Virus record (IMG/VR): IMGVR_UViG_3300025396_000041
Span: 1-34,458 of that record
Source of the DNA: a virus
Taxonomy: Duplodnaviria; Caudoviricetes
Length of the DNA stretch: 34,458 bases
Direction: 5' to 3' (one strand)
The translations under genes were made by a program, and so were the position numbers. Numbering within the stretch: the stretch's first letter is position 1; each line of letters begins with the position of its first letter. Below, in pieces: positions 16,250-26,039 of this stretch. The notes beneath the pieces are model-generated. The model saw only the letters and a list, made by a program, of their open reading frames with translations. It made no database searches and was not told where the DNA came from.

Positions 16250-17259
16250 AGGTTATTGTAAATGTCTAGCAAAATCTTTTTGTCAAAGCTATTTGACTCA
16301 ATACTATTAATTTGGTCGATGACGATCTGGTCTACTGACTCAAACTTAAGACCATCAGGTCCTTGCTGTTCAGCTTGTTCAACCTTCATAGGTATCAATG
16401 CCATTTCACGCAATTTGTGTTCGGGAATAAGTGTTTCACGAATAAAGTTTGCTTCTTCATAACTAATATCAATGTCAAGATGTACTCTAACATGACTATC
16501 AGGTAATAGCAAACCCTGTGGGTTCTCTAGTATCTCTGATAACTTATAGACTCTGAACAATGGTTGTCCTGGCCAACTACGAAACTCTGGTTCACTATCC
16601 CATTCTAACATCATCATACCACGTTGGTCATCACCTGCGTCAGCATAGTTATGCGGGAAAGCATTACCAATGTACCAAATGTTTTTCTTTGCTTGTCGTT
16701 TATGAAAATGACCACTAAAGACTTTATCAAAACCACTCACATGGTCAGTGTTAAGTTCACCGTGATCTGGCATCTCAACCATAGCGTTCATGTAGAAGTG
16801 TGGTAACTCAAAATGACCAAACAAATATTTGCCTTTGAGTTTTTGCAATTTCTTGTAATCTTCTTGTACAAGCCATGGTGCGATTGCTACGTTACCCTCA
16901 CTGAAGAACTCATTAATAATTTTAACGTTTGGTAGATGTTTTGCCCATTCAACAGAATGAATATCACGGCGATCACGATAATATAAGTCGTGATTACCGG
17001 GGATAAAATATACAGTATCAAATGCATTGTTTAATTTCTCCAATGCTTGTAAACCAAATTGAAGTGTGTGAATGTTGATACTTGCACGATGATGATTCCA
17101 GTCGCCCAAGAAAAAACAAGTCTCGCAATTTTCTTTTTTAGCTTCTTCTATGAACCAATCCACAAAATTGGAACAGTCGGTGTTATGTACTAGGCTATTT
17201 GACTTCAAACCAAAATGAATATCGGTGAAGACAGCAGCTTTCTTAAAAAGGTTACTCAT
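16246..17259 (-). CDS. gp47: Mre11/SbcD-like nuclease (T4 gp47-like)
   Basis: Metallophosphoesterase motifs TDIHFG, LGDW, GNHD, GHFE, SGHFH. Confidence 0.95.
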   Translation of the reverse strand: MSNLFKKAAVFTDIHFGLKSNSLVHNTDCSNFVDWFIEEAKKENCETCFFLGDWNHHRASINIHTLQFGLQALEKLNNAFDTVYFIPGNHDLYYRDRRDIHSVEWAKHLPNVKIINEFFSEGNVAIAPWLVQEDYKKLQKLKGKYLFGHFELPHFYMNAMVEMPDHGELNTDHVSGFDKVFSGHFHKRQAKKNIWYIGNAFPHNYADAGDDQRGMMMLEWDSEPEFRSWPGQPLFRVYKLSEILENPQGLLLPDSHVRVHLDIDISYEEANFIRETLIPEHKLREMALIPMKVEQAEQQGPDGLKFESVDQIVIDQINSIESNSFDKKILLDIYNNL

Positions 17260-17266
17260 AAGTGTT

Positions 17267-17296
17267 AGTATAAAGGAATAGGGACTACAAAAGCAA
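17267..17296 (-). promoter_or_regulatory. Putative sigma70-type promoter TTGCTT-N18-TATACT for gp47-gp46
   Basis: -35 at 17296-17291, -10 at 17272-17267, and the ATG follows 7 nt later. Confidence 0.55.
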
Positions 17297-17303
17297 TCCC
17301 TAT
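17270..17303 (-). terminator. Hairpin after the late sigma gene (possible terminator)
   Basis: AUAGGGAUUGC-UUUU-GUAGUCCCUAU (11 bp including 2 G-U) followed by UCCUUUAU, a weak U-tract. Confidence 0.5.
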
Positions 17304-17311
17304 GGTTAAAT

Positions 17312-18205
17312 TTATTCTTCGTATGAACCGGCAGTGATACCTTGACGAGTCCAACTTGGGTTAAGCCCGTTTAGTTCTAAGATGTCATCACGAATGTTTT
17401 GGTTACGCTTCTCACTATTCAACACACGGCAGAAACTGTTTGTGATAGCCGCTGTATAATATGCGAATGGATTAGCCGATTTAGCTTCATTAAAGCGCAA
17501 GCCAACATACGTAAGCTGTAGAATGGCGCTGTTACGCATCTCATCGTTGTATGTGTACCCACGCCAATTAAATTTCATAGCATATTTTTCACACATCATA
17601 ATGTACATACGTGCTAGTTTGTTAGTGATTTGTCCGTGATCTTTTGAAAATTCGCCTGTTTTCAAATCACCAATCCAATGACTCTTACCCACACATTTGA
17701 TGTTGCCACCGCGGGTAAACTTGTAATGTTGAAATGGTGGGAAGTTTACTTTGACATGAACCATGTCGTCAATTTCTTGTTTGGTAGTTGTGTCTTCTAG
17801 GTCAGAAAAGATTTCATCTGGATCTTCTTCAAACGAAAAGATATCTTTTGCTGTTTTCTTTTTGTCCACTTTTCGCGGAGCTTTTGGTGCGACTGGAATA
17901 TGATCCCAGGTCATGACACGAAATACTAAGTCGGTGTCTTTGATATCTTCTGGGTTTACTTTTTCACCAGTTTCAACACTTAGTCGTGTAGCACGAGTTT
18001 CTTTTGCTTCCTGAATAATTTCAGGTTTCTGCATATGTTCAAAACTCTTTTCAAGAGTTTCAGTGGGCATGTCAACGATATAGTCATATCTATGATCCGA
18101 TGGGTCTTTGAATGAACAATATGCGTTTTTACTTGTGTGAATCTCTTTTAGAATGTCTTTATTATTTAGGTAGTTAACCGGCTTTTTATGTGGTATGAGG
18201 CTCAT
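17312..18205 (-). CDS. gp55: Late transcription sigma factor (T4 gp55-like)
   Basis: NYLNNKDIL ... KFNWRGYTYNDEM ... FNEAKSANPFAYYT ... EKRNQ match gp55 motifs. SD GGAGA. Confidence 0.9.
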   Translation of the reverse strand: MSLIPHKKPVNYLNNKDILKEIHTSKNAYCSFKDPSDHRYDYIVDMPTETLEKSFEHMQKPEIIQEAKETRATRLSVETGEKVNPEDIKDTDLVFRVMTWDHIPVAPKAPRKVDKKKTAKDIFSFEEDPDEIFSDLEDTTTKQEIDDMVHVKVNFPPFQHYKFTRGGNIKCVGKSHWIGDLKTGEFSKDHGQITNKLARMYIMMCEKYAMKFNWRGYTYNDEMRNSAILQLTYVGLRFNEAKSANPFAYYTAAITNSFCRVLNSEKRNQNIRDDILELNGLNPSWTRQGITAGSYEE

Positions 18206-18230
18206 AGTTCTCCGTTATTATGATGTAGAT

Positions 18231-18259
18231 ATTGTAATACTTTTGTTGCAGAAATGCAA
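18231..18259 (-). promoter_or_regulatory. sigma70-type promoter TTGCAT-N17-TACAAT for gp55
   Basis: -35 at 18259-18254, -10 at 18236-18231, 17-nt spacer. Overlapped by the palindrome TGTTGCA-N4-TGCAACA. Confidence 0.65.
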
Positions 18260-18292
18260 CAGATTACGGTAAAAATGGGGGTTTTTTGATGC

Positions 18293-18308
18293 GATAAATA
18301 TATTTAGT
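18293..18308. promoter_or_regulatory. Abutting opposite late boxes GATAAATA (+) and ACTAAATA (-)
   Basis: Sequence GATAAATATATTTAGT upstream of the baseplate operon. Confidence 0.65.
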
Positions 18309-18323
18309 AGAGGTATATTCACC

Positions 18324-19478
18324 ATGGCAGATCCAACAGTTTCTAACTCAGACCCGGCAGCAGCGAAAGCAAATGCCAATGCATCCACAACGACCACAAA
18401 AACAACAAATAGTCCAGTAACTGTTACTAGTACTCAGGCTCCTGCAGCTACGGCTGCGCCTAATACTCCTACTACACAACAAGAAGTCCCCGTGTCAACG
18501 GTGACAAATAGAGATGGTTCTATAACTCAGACTTTTGCTGACGGGTCAACATTGATAACTGACGCTAGTGGCCAGTACCAAACATATAATAGTACAAGTG
18601 CTAGTACTTATGGACAAACTGCGGCAAGTGACCCCTCAAATTCAAGTTCACCGTCATTTAGTCCGGCAGTGTTAAAATCAAAAGAAACTGCTCCTTCTCC
18701 TATCAGTGATTGGAGAGTCAAATTAAGTTTGAAGTCTGGAACTAACTACTTATATAACGCCGCTGGTACAAACGACTTGTTGTACCCATTAAAACTTACA
18801 GGTGGTATTGTTTTTCCATACACACCAACTATACAAACTGCATATCGTGCAAACTATGATCCAGCAGAATTGACTCATTCAAACTATAAAATGTACTTTT
18901 ATCGAAACAGTAACGTTGATGAAGTTCAAATTACATGTGATTTTACTGCACAGGACAACAATGAGGCTACATACATGTTAGCTGTGATACATTTCTTAAA
19001 ATCAGCAACTAAAATGTTCTATGGAAAAGATACTGAACCAAGAGCAGGTACTCCCCCACCATTAGTATATCTTGATGGATATGGTGAGTTTCAATTTAAC
19101 AAACACCCAATGCTAATCAGTTCATTCAATTATACATTACCAAACGATGTTGATTATATTAGAGCAACATCTGCAACCAAAACTCAACTAGGAACTACCG
19201 TTGGTGTTCAGGGTAATGCTTCGTTTAGTCCTGGTCTAGATTTTGTTGCAACTAGACTATTACATGCAAATTTAAACTCAGGTGGTAAATCTAGTGAACC
19301 AGTGTTTAATATTGTATCTACTGGTTATTCAACATATGTACCGACAAAAATTCAATTATCAATTACATGCTTACCTGTTGTGTCACGAGACAACGTAAGT
19401 AATCAGTTCAGTTTGAAAGATTATGCAACTGGTAGCTTGTTGAGAGGATCGCAACGAAACTCTGGAGGATTCTGGTAA
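18324..19478 (+). CDS. Baseplate/tail-tube-initiator-like protein with Thr/Ser-rich N-terminal extension
   Basis: GIVFPYTPTI, FTAQD, HFLKSATKMFYG, GTPPPLVYLDGYG, SFNYTLPNDVDYI are typical of tube-fold baseplate proteins. First gene of the baseplate operon. Confidence 0.65.
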   Translation: MADPTVSNSDPAAAKANANASTTTTKTTNSPVTVTSTQAPAATAAPNTPTTQQEVPVSTVTNRDGSITQTFADGSTLITDASGQYQTYNSTSASTYGQTAASDPSNSSSPSFSPAVLKSKETAPSPISDWRVKLSLKSGTNYLYNAAGTNDLLYPLKLTGGIVFPYTPTIQTAYRANYDPAELTHSNYKMYFYRNSNVDEVQITCDFTAQDNNEATYMLAVIHFLKSATKMFYGKDTEPRAGTPPPLVYLDGYGEFQFNKHPMLISSFNYTLPNDVDYIRATSATKTQLGTTVGVQGNASFSPGLDFVATRLLHANLNSGGKSSEPVFNIVSTGYSTYVPTKIQLSITCLPVVSRDNVSNQFSLKDYATGSLLRGSQRNSGGFW

Positions 19479-19777
19479 TGACTTATCCACAAACTAGTCC
19501 ATATTACAACACTGATGTTTACAATGGACAATTCTTAGACATTATGATTAATGTTAGTATTCTTCCAGATAACACTGATACCCTTTGGATTATAAACACT
19601 ACATATCATTTAAGACCTGATCTACTAGCCTATGACTTATACAAGGATAGTAGATTGTGGTGGGTATTCTCACAAAGAAATCCTAACAAACTTAAAGATC
19701 CTTTATTTGATTTTGTTGAGGGTACATCAATTTATATTCCACAATTGTCAAACCTACAAACTGCTTTAGGAATATAA
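19478..19777 (+). CDS. gp53: LysM-like baseplate wedge protein (T4 gp53/P2 gpX-like)
   Basis: RPDLLAYDLYKDSRLWWV...N...IYIP motif. TAATG coupling to the upstream gene. Confidence 0.85.
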   Translation: MTYPQTSPYYNTDVYNGQFLDIMINVSILPDNTDTLWIINTTYHLRPDLLAYDLYKDSRLWWVFSQRNPNKLKDPLFDFVEGTSIYIPQLSNLQTALGI

Positions 19778-19778
19778 C

Positions 19779-22295
19779 ATGGCGTTGAGCAACGAGGCAC
19801 TCTCATTTTTAAGTCAATACCAAAACTATGCTAATACTGCATTGGCACAGTACAATAACTACACCAATCAATTTATTAACTTAAAAGCAAATTCAACTGA
19901 TCCTGGATATTCAGCGAACCTTCAAAAGTTATCATCTGATTTTGCTAATTTCAAAAGTACCGTAAGTACTAACGCAGGTAATTTTGAAGATAAGGGTGTA
20001 GCTATCTTTGAAAGTCTTAGTGGTGATGATGCTAATACATTTGATGCAGAATGGGGAAGTATCACCTCTATATCTAAAAAAATAACCAAAAGTTCTTTGG
20101 ATAAAGATATTTCAAATGCTATTACAAGTGCAAAATCCAATCAGGCAAAGTCAGCTCCAACACAAAATAAAAGTGAAGATGATTCACCAATTGACACTGT
20201 AGTTGTCACTGACAAGAGACCAGTAACTCCAACTAAAAAACAAGCAAACATTACACCTGCATCAGCGACAGCACAACGCCCAACTAATCCGCTAAGCAAA
20301 TTCACTAGTTCTACGTATCGTTTAAGTTTGTATATGGTTCCAATAAGCGAATTCAATATCTACCAAGATACAGGAACATGGAACTTAAAGAACTTAACAT
20401 TGATTGTTAAAAGCGGTGGAATAACTCCGGGAATAGATTCAAATCGTAGTAGGTATTTTGACCTAGATTTGTACATAGATAATTTGGAGATACAAACAAT
20501 CGTTAGTGAAAAAGTAACTGGTATCTCTACTACATCTTATGATTTCAAATTTCAAATAATGGAACCTTATGCCATTAACTTTTCTGATAATTTAGTCAAC
20601 GCAGCTATTGAAATGCAGAAAAGAGAAAACAAACGAATGGATATCAACAATCCAATCAATGCATTGTATCAACATTACTTGTTAGCAATTGAATTTGTGG
20701 GATATGATAATAACGGTGTGATTCAAACAAACGATAAAACACTGATTCGCTATTTCCCAATTCAAATCATTAAGATGAATTTTAAGTTAGAGAATAAACT
20801 AACCGTATACGAAATCAATGCAAAACTAACTCCTGAATATATTGCAACCAGTAAAACAATTAGTAACTTTAGAGAAGCAACTACTGTTTCAGCTACTACT
20901 GTTGAAGATGCATTGAATAAACTAGCTGCTGCATTTAATGCAAGTGAACGAGTTTTATCAGGTCCTGATAAAAATCAAGAGATTCCTAATGAGTTCTTCA
21001 TCAAGTTTGAGAAGAATTCTAAAATAGCATCAGCCTTGTTGATTGATAAAAATCACTATTTGGTTGATAAAACTCCTATGCCTTCAGGACAACCCGAACC
21101 ACCAGAATCTGCTGTTTTGAGTTCTCTTGGTATTAATGTTCGTTTGTCAGAAAGTGCAAGCGCCGAAGTTGTAAAACAACAGCGTCAAATTACTGCTGCA
21201 CCGGGTGTATCTTGGTATAAGATTATTGACCAAATCATTACTCAAAGTGAATACATTATTTCAGCATTAAAAGTTGTGGATAAAGAACAACTTGATAAAG
21301 TTAAATCAACTGATAGAGATGCAGTCGTTAATAACAAACCAGAACCTTTATATTGGTATCATATTACACCATCGGTAAAAATCAAGGGCATCGACAAGAA
21401 ATCAAATCGGTTTGCCTATAGTATCACATTTGTTATTCAACAAAAAGAGATACCGTATGTTAGAGCACTTGCTATTGGCAGCACTACCACATACAAGGGA
21501 CCATACAAGAGATATGATTATTGGTACAGTGGTCAAAACAAAGAAATACTATCATACGAGCAATCATACAATATGTTATATTATGTGACTGCCGCAGCAA
21601 ATAGTGCAATAGCTAACAGTACAAATCAATATGATGATCCTTCACCGGTTCATCCAACTACCACAACTGATTCATCACCTACAGGTAGTTTACCAAATTC
21701 AAAAGAAACAGTCAATACAGTAAAAACATCATTGTATAGCCCATATGATAGTTTACATGCACAGATTAAAATCTTAGGTGATCCTGATTATTTGATGACT
21801 TCAGAAGCAAGTATCTATCAAATCATAACACAAAAAACATACGGTGAAGATTATACCATTAACCCTGCATCAGGTCAAGTGTTTATTGAATTGGGATTTA
21901 GTCAAGTAAAAGATTATAATTATCAAACGAATGATGGATTACTAAGACCAAACAATGACATTACTTTTTGGAACTATACACCTGAAATTAAAAAGATGAC
22001 CGGGAATAGAATGATTTACATGTTGCTTTCATTGAAAAGTCACTTTAGTAAAGGTCTGTTCACACAAGATTTGAAAACAGTGTTGCCACCGTTCAATAGT
22101 AATAATACTGTAAACGTGTCAACACCAACTGATGAAAGAAACACTGATACTGAATCAACTACTACTAGTAATACTACTACTAGTAGTACTAGCGCAACTC
22201 CCACGTTTGGTAAATTTGATCCCGGTGTAGGCAATGGCTGGGACAGTGATACACCTACAAAACCAAAAGTACAAACAGACAGTTCACGAAATTAA
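19779..22295 (+). CDS. Baseplate hub protein (gp27/VgrG N-terminal-like)
   Basis: Lies between the gp53-like and gp5-like genes. C-terminal IKILGDP ... YMLLSLKSHFSKGLFTQDL hub-type pattern. Confidence 0.6.
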   Translation: MALSNEALSFLSQYQNYANTALAQYNNYTNQFINLKANSTDPGYSANLQKLSSDFANFKSTVSTNAGNFEDKGVAIFESLSGDDANTFDAEWGSITSISKKITKSSLDKDISNAITSAKSNQAKSAPTQNKSEDDSPIDTVVVTDKRPVTPTKKQANITPASATAQRPTNPLSKFTSSTYRLSLYMVPISEFNIYQDTGTWNLKNLTLIVKSGGITPGIDSNRSRYFDLDLYIDNLEIQTIVSEKVTGISTTSYDFKFQIMEPYAINFSDNLVNAAIEMQKRENKRMDINNPINALYQHYLLAIEFVGYDNNGVIQTNDKTLIRYFPIQIIKMNFKLENKLTVYEINAKLTPEYIATSKTISNFREATTVSATTVEDALNKLAAAFNASERVLSGPDKNQEIPNEFFIKFEKNSKIASALLIDKNHYLVDKTPMPSGQPEPPESAVLSSLGINVRLSESASAEVVKQQRQITAAPGVSWYKIIDQIITQSEYIISALKVVDKEQLDKVKSTDRDAVVNNKPEPLYWYHITPSVKIKGIDKKSNRFAYSITFVIQQKEIPYVRALAIGSTTTYKGPYKRYDYWYSGQNKEILSYEQSYNMLYYVTAAANSAIANSTNQYDDPSPVHPTTTTDSSPTGSLPNSKETVNTVKTSLYSPYDSLHAQIKILGDPDYLMTSEASIYQIITQKTYGEDYTINPASGQVFIELGFSQVKDYNYQTNDGLLRPNNDITFWNYTPEIKKMTGNRMIYMLLSLKSHFSKGLFTQDLKTVLPPFNSNNTVNVSTPTDERNTDTESTTTSNTTTSSTSATPTFGKFDPGVGNGWDSDTPTKPKVQTDSSRN

Positions 22296-22306
22296 GGTGA
22301 AACGAT

Positions 22307-25300
22307 ATGACACAAAACACCAATAATCCAAATAAGATACCTAGAGAGTATACAGACGGCAGGGGTAATTCGCCGTTATATCCACACCCTATTATAGGTA
22401 AAGTAGTTCACAATGTTGACTCATTGCATAATGGAAGAATTCGTGTTATCTTAAAAAGATTAAACGGATCATATCCTGAAAACATTACATCTAATTGGTC
22501 AGCACCTATTAGCTATATGAGTCCTTTCTTTGGTTATACTCCAAACGAATCAAGCAAAAATGACTATGGTAGTTTTGCAGGCAACCCGCATAGTTATGGT
22601 ATGTGGGCAACACCACCTGATTTGGGTACGGAAGTATTATGTGTGTTTGCAAACGGTGATCCTAACTTTGGATACTATATTGGTTGCATCCCTTCAGCAG
22701 GGTTAAATCAAATGGTTCCTGCTATAGGTGCAGCAGATAAAGTTATATTAAACAATCAAGAGGCAGCAAGTTACGGTGGATCACCAAAATTACCTGTTGG
22801 TGAAATTAACAACGCAAACGATAAACAATCTTTTTCTGGTACATTATCAGATCAACCTAGACCAGTACATAGTTATCAAGCGGCAATATACAATTCTCAG
22901 GGTTTATTGCGTGACCCTGAAAGAGGTCCTATTGGATCAAGTGCTCAACGTGAAAGTCCAAGCAGAGTATTTGGTATCAGTACACCAGGACGTCCAATCT
23001 ATGCAGGTGGTTATACAGACAGTACGATTAAAGATGCAATCAATGATAGCGGAGTACCTGATGCTAGTTTAAAGGTTACCGGACGTGTTGGTGGACATAC
23101 ATTCGTCATGGATGACGGTGACGTTGAGGGCAATGACCAATTAGTTAGAATTCGTACAGCATTGGGCCATACTATATTATTGAACGATGCAGCACAAACA
23201 TTGTTCATTATGCATTCTAATGGACAAAGTTACATTGAGTTGGGCAAAGAGGGTACGATTGATATGTACTCAACTAACTCAGTAAACATTAGAACACAAG
23301 GTGATTTAAACTTACATGCAGATAGAGATATCAACATGAATGCAGGTAGAGATTTAAATATCTTTGGTAAGAATACACATATTGAAAGCCAAGAAAATAC
23401 GACACACTTCACTGGTAAAGCAATGAATACTACGGTATTAGGTACGCATACTGAACATGTGGGTGGTAGTTATAGTGTATTGGCAGGTAATGATGTTGGG
23501 ATCACATCTACATTAGGATCATTATATCTTAAAGGTGGTCCAATGATTTTGATGAACAGTGGTATCTGCCCAACACTACCATTGCCAGGCAAACAGTTAC
23601 CTAGAGTACAACATAGCGATACATTGTATGATTCTAATGTGGGATATGCAACAGCACCTAAGAAATTATTAAGTATTGTTAGTCGTGCTCCTGCACACGC
23701 TCCATGGGACGCGGCAAACAAGGGTATTGATGTACAAACTAATTTAAATTCAGGTAATGCAGTAGCATCAGTTCCATCTCCTGCTGTTACGCAAGTTAAT
23801 TCAACATTGCCACCGGCCCCGGCAAATCCTACAAGTGCATCATTGGTTACAACAGTTCCTACTACAGCACAAGTAACAAGTTCAAGTTCTATTGATCCTG
23901 CAACTACTTCTTCAATGGTATCACAAATGGCTGTAAGTGTTGCAAATGGACCTGCAGCAAGTGCGGTGCAACAAACTGTTGCGGTAGTTGACACGCCAAA
24001 CGGAAAACAAGCAGTTATTGGTTCTTTGGGTCTAACTCCGCAGCAATTAGTTACATCTGGTCATTTGAAACCAGGCGCTGATATCGCAATCAACACTGCA
24101 ATTAATTCTGGACAAAGTTTAGAAGCAGCAATGACTCCAAATTTATTCACAGGTAAAGATGGTGTTAACTCGTTACAAGACTTAGTTAAAAATACGGGCA
24201 CACAAACAAACATTGCAGCATCATTATTAAACCAAGCAAAAGATACACTAGTCAATAAGGGTATCATTACTGGAAAAGAGTCAATGTCTCAGACAGGTGG
24301 TTTGATTATGAGCACTGCGGTTGCTGGATTGAAGCCAACGCTTAACTATGCAGGAAGTGCTGTTAAGTCATTAATCACCGGAGACACTGCTGGATTCAGT
24401 AAAAACATATCAGCAATTGGTGATTCTATTACAGGTACAATCAATAACGTTGAAGATAAGATTTCGTCTACCGTTACTGGTCTTGAAGATAAGATTTCTT
24501 CAACTGTTAATAACTTAGAAGATCAAGTGTCGAACGCATATGACAATATAAGTTCTTCAATTGACGATTTAATGTCTGGTGGATTATTTGCTTCACTTAA
24601 CATTGAAGAAAAATTAAACACTTCTAGCGTGGAATCTTTCTTAAAAGGATTAAGTGATAATACAGCGGGTGCCTTCAATCAAGTTATCTCTGCATTTAAA
24701 GCATATGAAGCAAACGTGCCTATTAGTTTAGCCGCAGCAAATGAGGGAGTTCAAGCAGAAGTGGCAGTGTCAGATGTTGCTCCGGTTGTTCCCACTACAT
24801 ATTCACAAGCAGAAACTACTTTAAACAAATCTAACCAAGTGTTTATGACTAGCATTGCTGGTGTTATGGATTTGTCTAAAAACTCAGCAGTTAGTGCAGG
24901 ATCATCTTCTACTGATATTAACCAATTAGTAACCGCTACAGGAGGAAGCTCTACGACTACTACAACGACAACTACCCCTGATAGTATATTAGGAGGAGTG
25001 CCGGGTGGTCTTGCTGGTCTAAATAATATTGTGTCTAATGGACAAAATACGGTTACTGATATTCCACAAGTCAATTCGGTCAATTCAGTAATTAATAACA
25101 TTTCTGGATCAATTACCTCATCTAAGAATGTAATATCTACAGTTCAAAATTCAGTTAATAAGTTAGAATCTACTGGTTTAGTTGGTATCGTAACATCCAA
25201 TATGAACCCAAGTACTGTATCTAAAATATCAAGTGCATTGGGTTCTTTGGGATTGGGCGGTCCGTTCAAAACTATATTACCAACAGTAGCAACAGGTACT

Positions 25301-25582
25301 AACAAAACAGCAGCAGTTGTACAGGCTCAGACTGCAAAACTGTTAGGAGATCCAAAGATTCCTGCTCCAAACTTTGCAGGTAAACAAGCACAAACTGCAT
25401 CGGAAGTTGTCGCCAACAGTAAGAAATTGGATCAAATTAATGTAGCATTGTCTAAGCAACAATCTGCATTGGATAATTGGAATACTGCTAGAACCACCTA
25501 CGGGGAAAGTGATTCACGCACTTTAACTGCACAGGCAGCATATAAACAAGCGACAGCAAATGTCGATTCTTTAGTAGCATAA
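22307..25582 (+). CDS. gp5: Baseplate central spike (gp5/VgrG OB-fold plus beta-helix) with long C-terminal extension
   Basis: D..HNGRIRV, PPDLGTEVLCVFANGDPNFGYYIG, GHTFVMDD, RIRTALGHTILLND, spike-like repeats. Confidence 0.85.
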   Translation: MTQNTNNPNKIPREYTDGRGNSPLYPHPIIGKVVHNVDSLHNGRIRVILKRLNGSYPENITSNWSAPISYMSPFFGYTPNESSKNDYGSFAGNPHSYGMWATPPDLGTEVLCVFANGDPNFGYYIGCIPSAGLNQMVPAIGAADKVILNNQEAASYGGSPKLPVGEINNANDKQSFSGTLSDQPRPVHSYQAAIYNSQGLLRDPERGPIGSSAQRESPSRVFGISTPGRPIYAGGYTDSTIKDAINDSGVPDASLKVTGRVGGHTFVMDDGDVEGNDQLVRIRTALGHTILLNDAAQTLFIMHSNGQSYIELGKEGTIDMYSTNSVNIRTQGDLNLHADRDINMNAGRDLNIFGKNTHIESQENTTHFTGKAMNTTVLGTHTEHVGGSYSVLAGNDVGITSTLGSLYLKGGPMILMNSGICPTLPLPGKQLPRVQHSDTLYDSNVGYATAPKKLLSIVSRAPAHAPWDAANKGIDVQTNLNSGNAVASVPSPAVTQVNSTLPPAPANPTSASLVTTVPTTAQVTSSSSIDPATTSSMVSQMAVSVANGPAASAVQQTVAVVDTPNGKQAVIGSLGLTPQQLVTSGHLKPGADIAINTAINSGQSLEAAMTPNLFTGKDGVNSLQDLVKNTGTQTNIAASLLNQAKDTLVNKGIITGKESMSQTGGLIMSTAVAGLKPTLNYAGSAVKSLITGDTAGFSKNISAIGDSITGTINNVEDKISSTVTGLEDKISSTVNNLEDQVSNAYDNISSSIDDLMSGGLFASLNIEEKLNTSSVESFLKGLSDNTAGAFNQVISAFKAYEANVPISLAAANEGVQAEVAVSDVAPVVPTTYSQAETTLNKSNQVFMTSIAGVMDLSKNSAVSAGSSSTDINQLVTATGGSSTTTTTTTTPDSILGGVPGGLAGLNNIVSNGQNTVTDIPQVNSVNSVINNISGSITSSKNVISTVQNSVNKLESTGLVGIVTSNMNPSTVSKISSALGSLGLGGPFKTILPTVATGTNKTAAVVQAQTAKLLGDPKIPAPNFAGKQAQTASEVVANSKKLDQINVALSKQQSALDNWNTARTTYGESDSRTLTAQAAYKQATANVDSLVA
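24441..24540 (+). repeat. 33-nt (11-aa) tandem coding repeat inside the gp5 extension
   Basis: INNVEDKISST / VTGLEDKISST / VNNLEDQVSNA. TGAAGATAAGATTTC occurs at 24451 and 24484. Confidence 0.85.
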
Positions 25583-25585
25583 ATA
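25578..25585 (+). promoter_or_regulatory. Possible late box CATAAATA overlapping the gp5 stop, 4 nt before the gp25 ATG
   Basis: GCATAAATACGTCATG, with no SD. Confidence 0.45.
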
Positions 25586-25589
25586 CGTC

Positions 25590-26039
25590 ATGGCAAAGTT
25601 TATTGGATTCAACACACAAAACTACGATACTGTTAGAGCACCTAGAGTAAGCCCTGGTGCTGACGGTGGTGCTGGTTCATTTGCAACACCTACTGTTTTT
25701 GGTAAAAAGTTTACCGGATATGATGAGCAAATGGTGATTCAAGACTTTATCAATGCATTGAATATTCCACAGGGTTCTAAGACAGGGAATCCTGGCTACG
25801 GAACTACATTGTGGAGTTTTATTTTTGAACCCAATGACGTATCAATGCAAGTTGAGTTAGAAAATGAAATTAGAAGAATTGGATCGCTCGATCCTAGACT
25901 AGCATTAAACACAATTCAAATATACCCTCAAGATAGCGGTGTTTTGCTTGAAGTTGAATTTGCAGTCGTGCCCTTCAACAACGTGCAAACACTAGAAATT
26001 CTATTCGACCAAGCGTCAGGTACAGCAGCAGCACGGTAA
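25590..26039 (+). CDS. gp25: Baseplate wedge/sheath initiator (T4 gp25-like)
   Basis: GSKTGNPGYGTTLWSFIFEP ... DPRL motif. Confidence 0.9.
   Translation: MAKFIGFNTQNYDTVRAPRVSPGADGGAGSFATPTVFGKKFTGYDEQMVIQDFINALNIPQGSKTGNPGYGTTLWSFIFEPNDVSMQVELENEIRRIGSLDPRLALNTIQIYPQDSGVLLEVEFAVVPFNNVQTLEILFDQASGTAAAR

Noticed and set aside
24441-24540. 33-nt repeats as a CRISPR array
   Set aside because: They are in-frame coding repeats with synonymous variation and no unique spacers.
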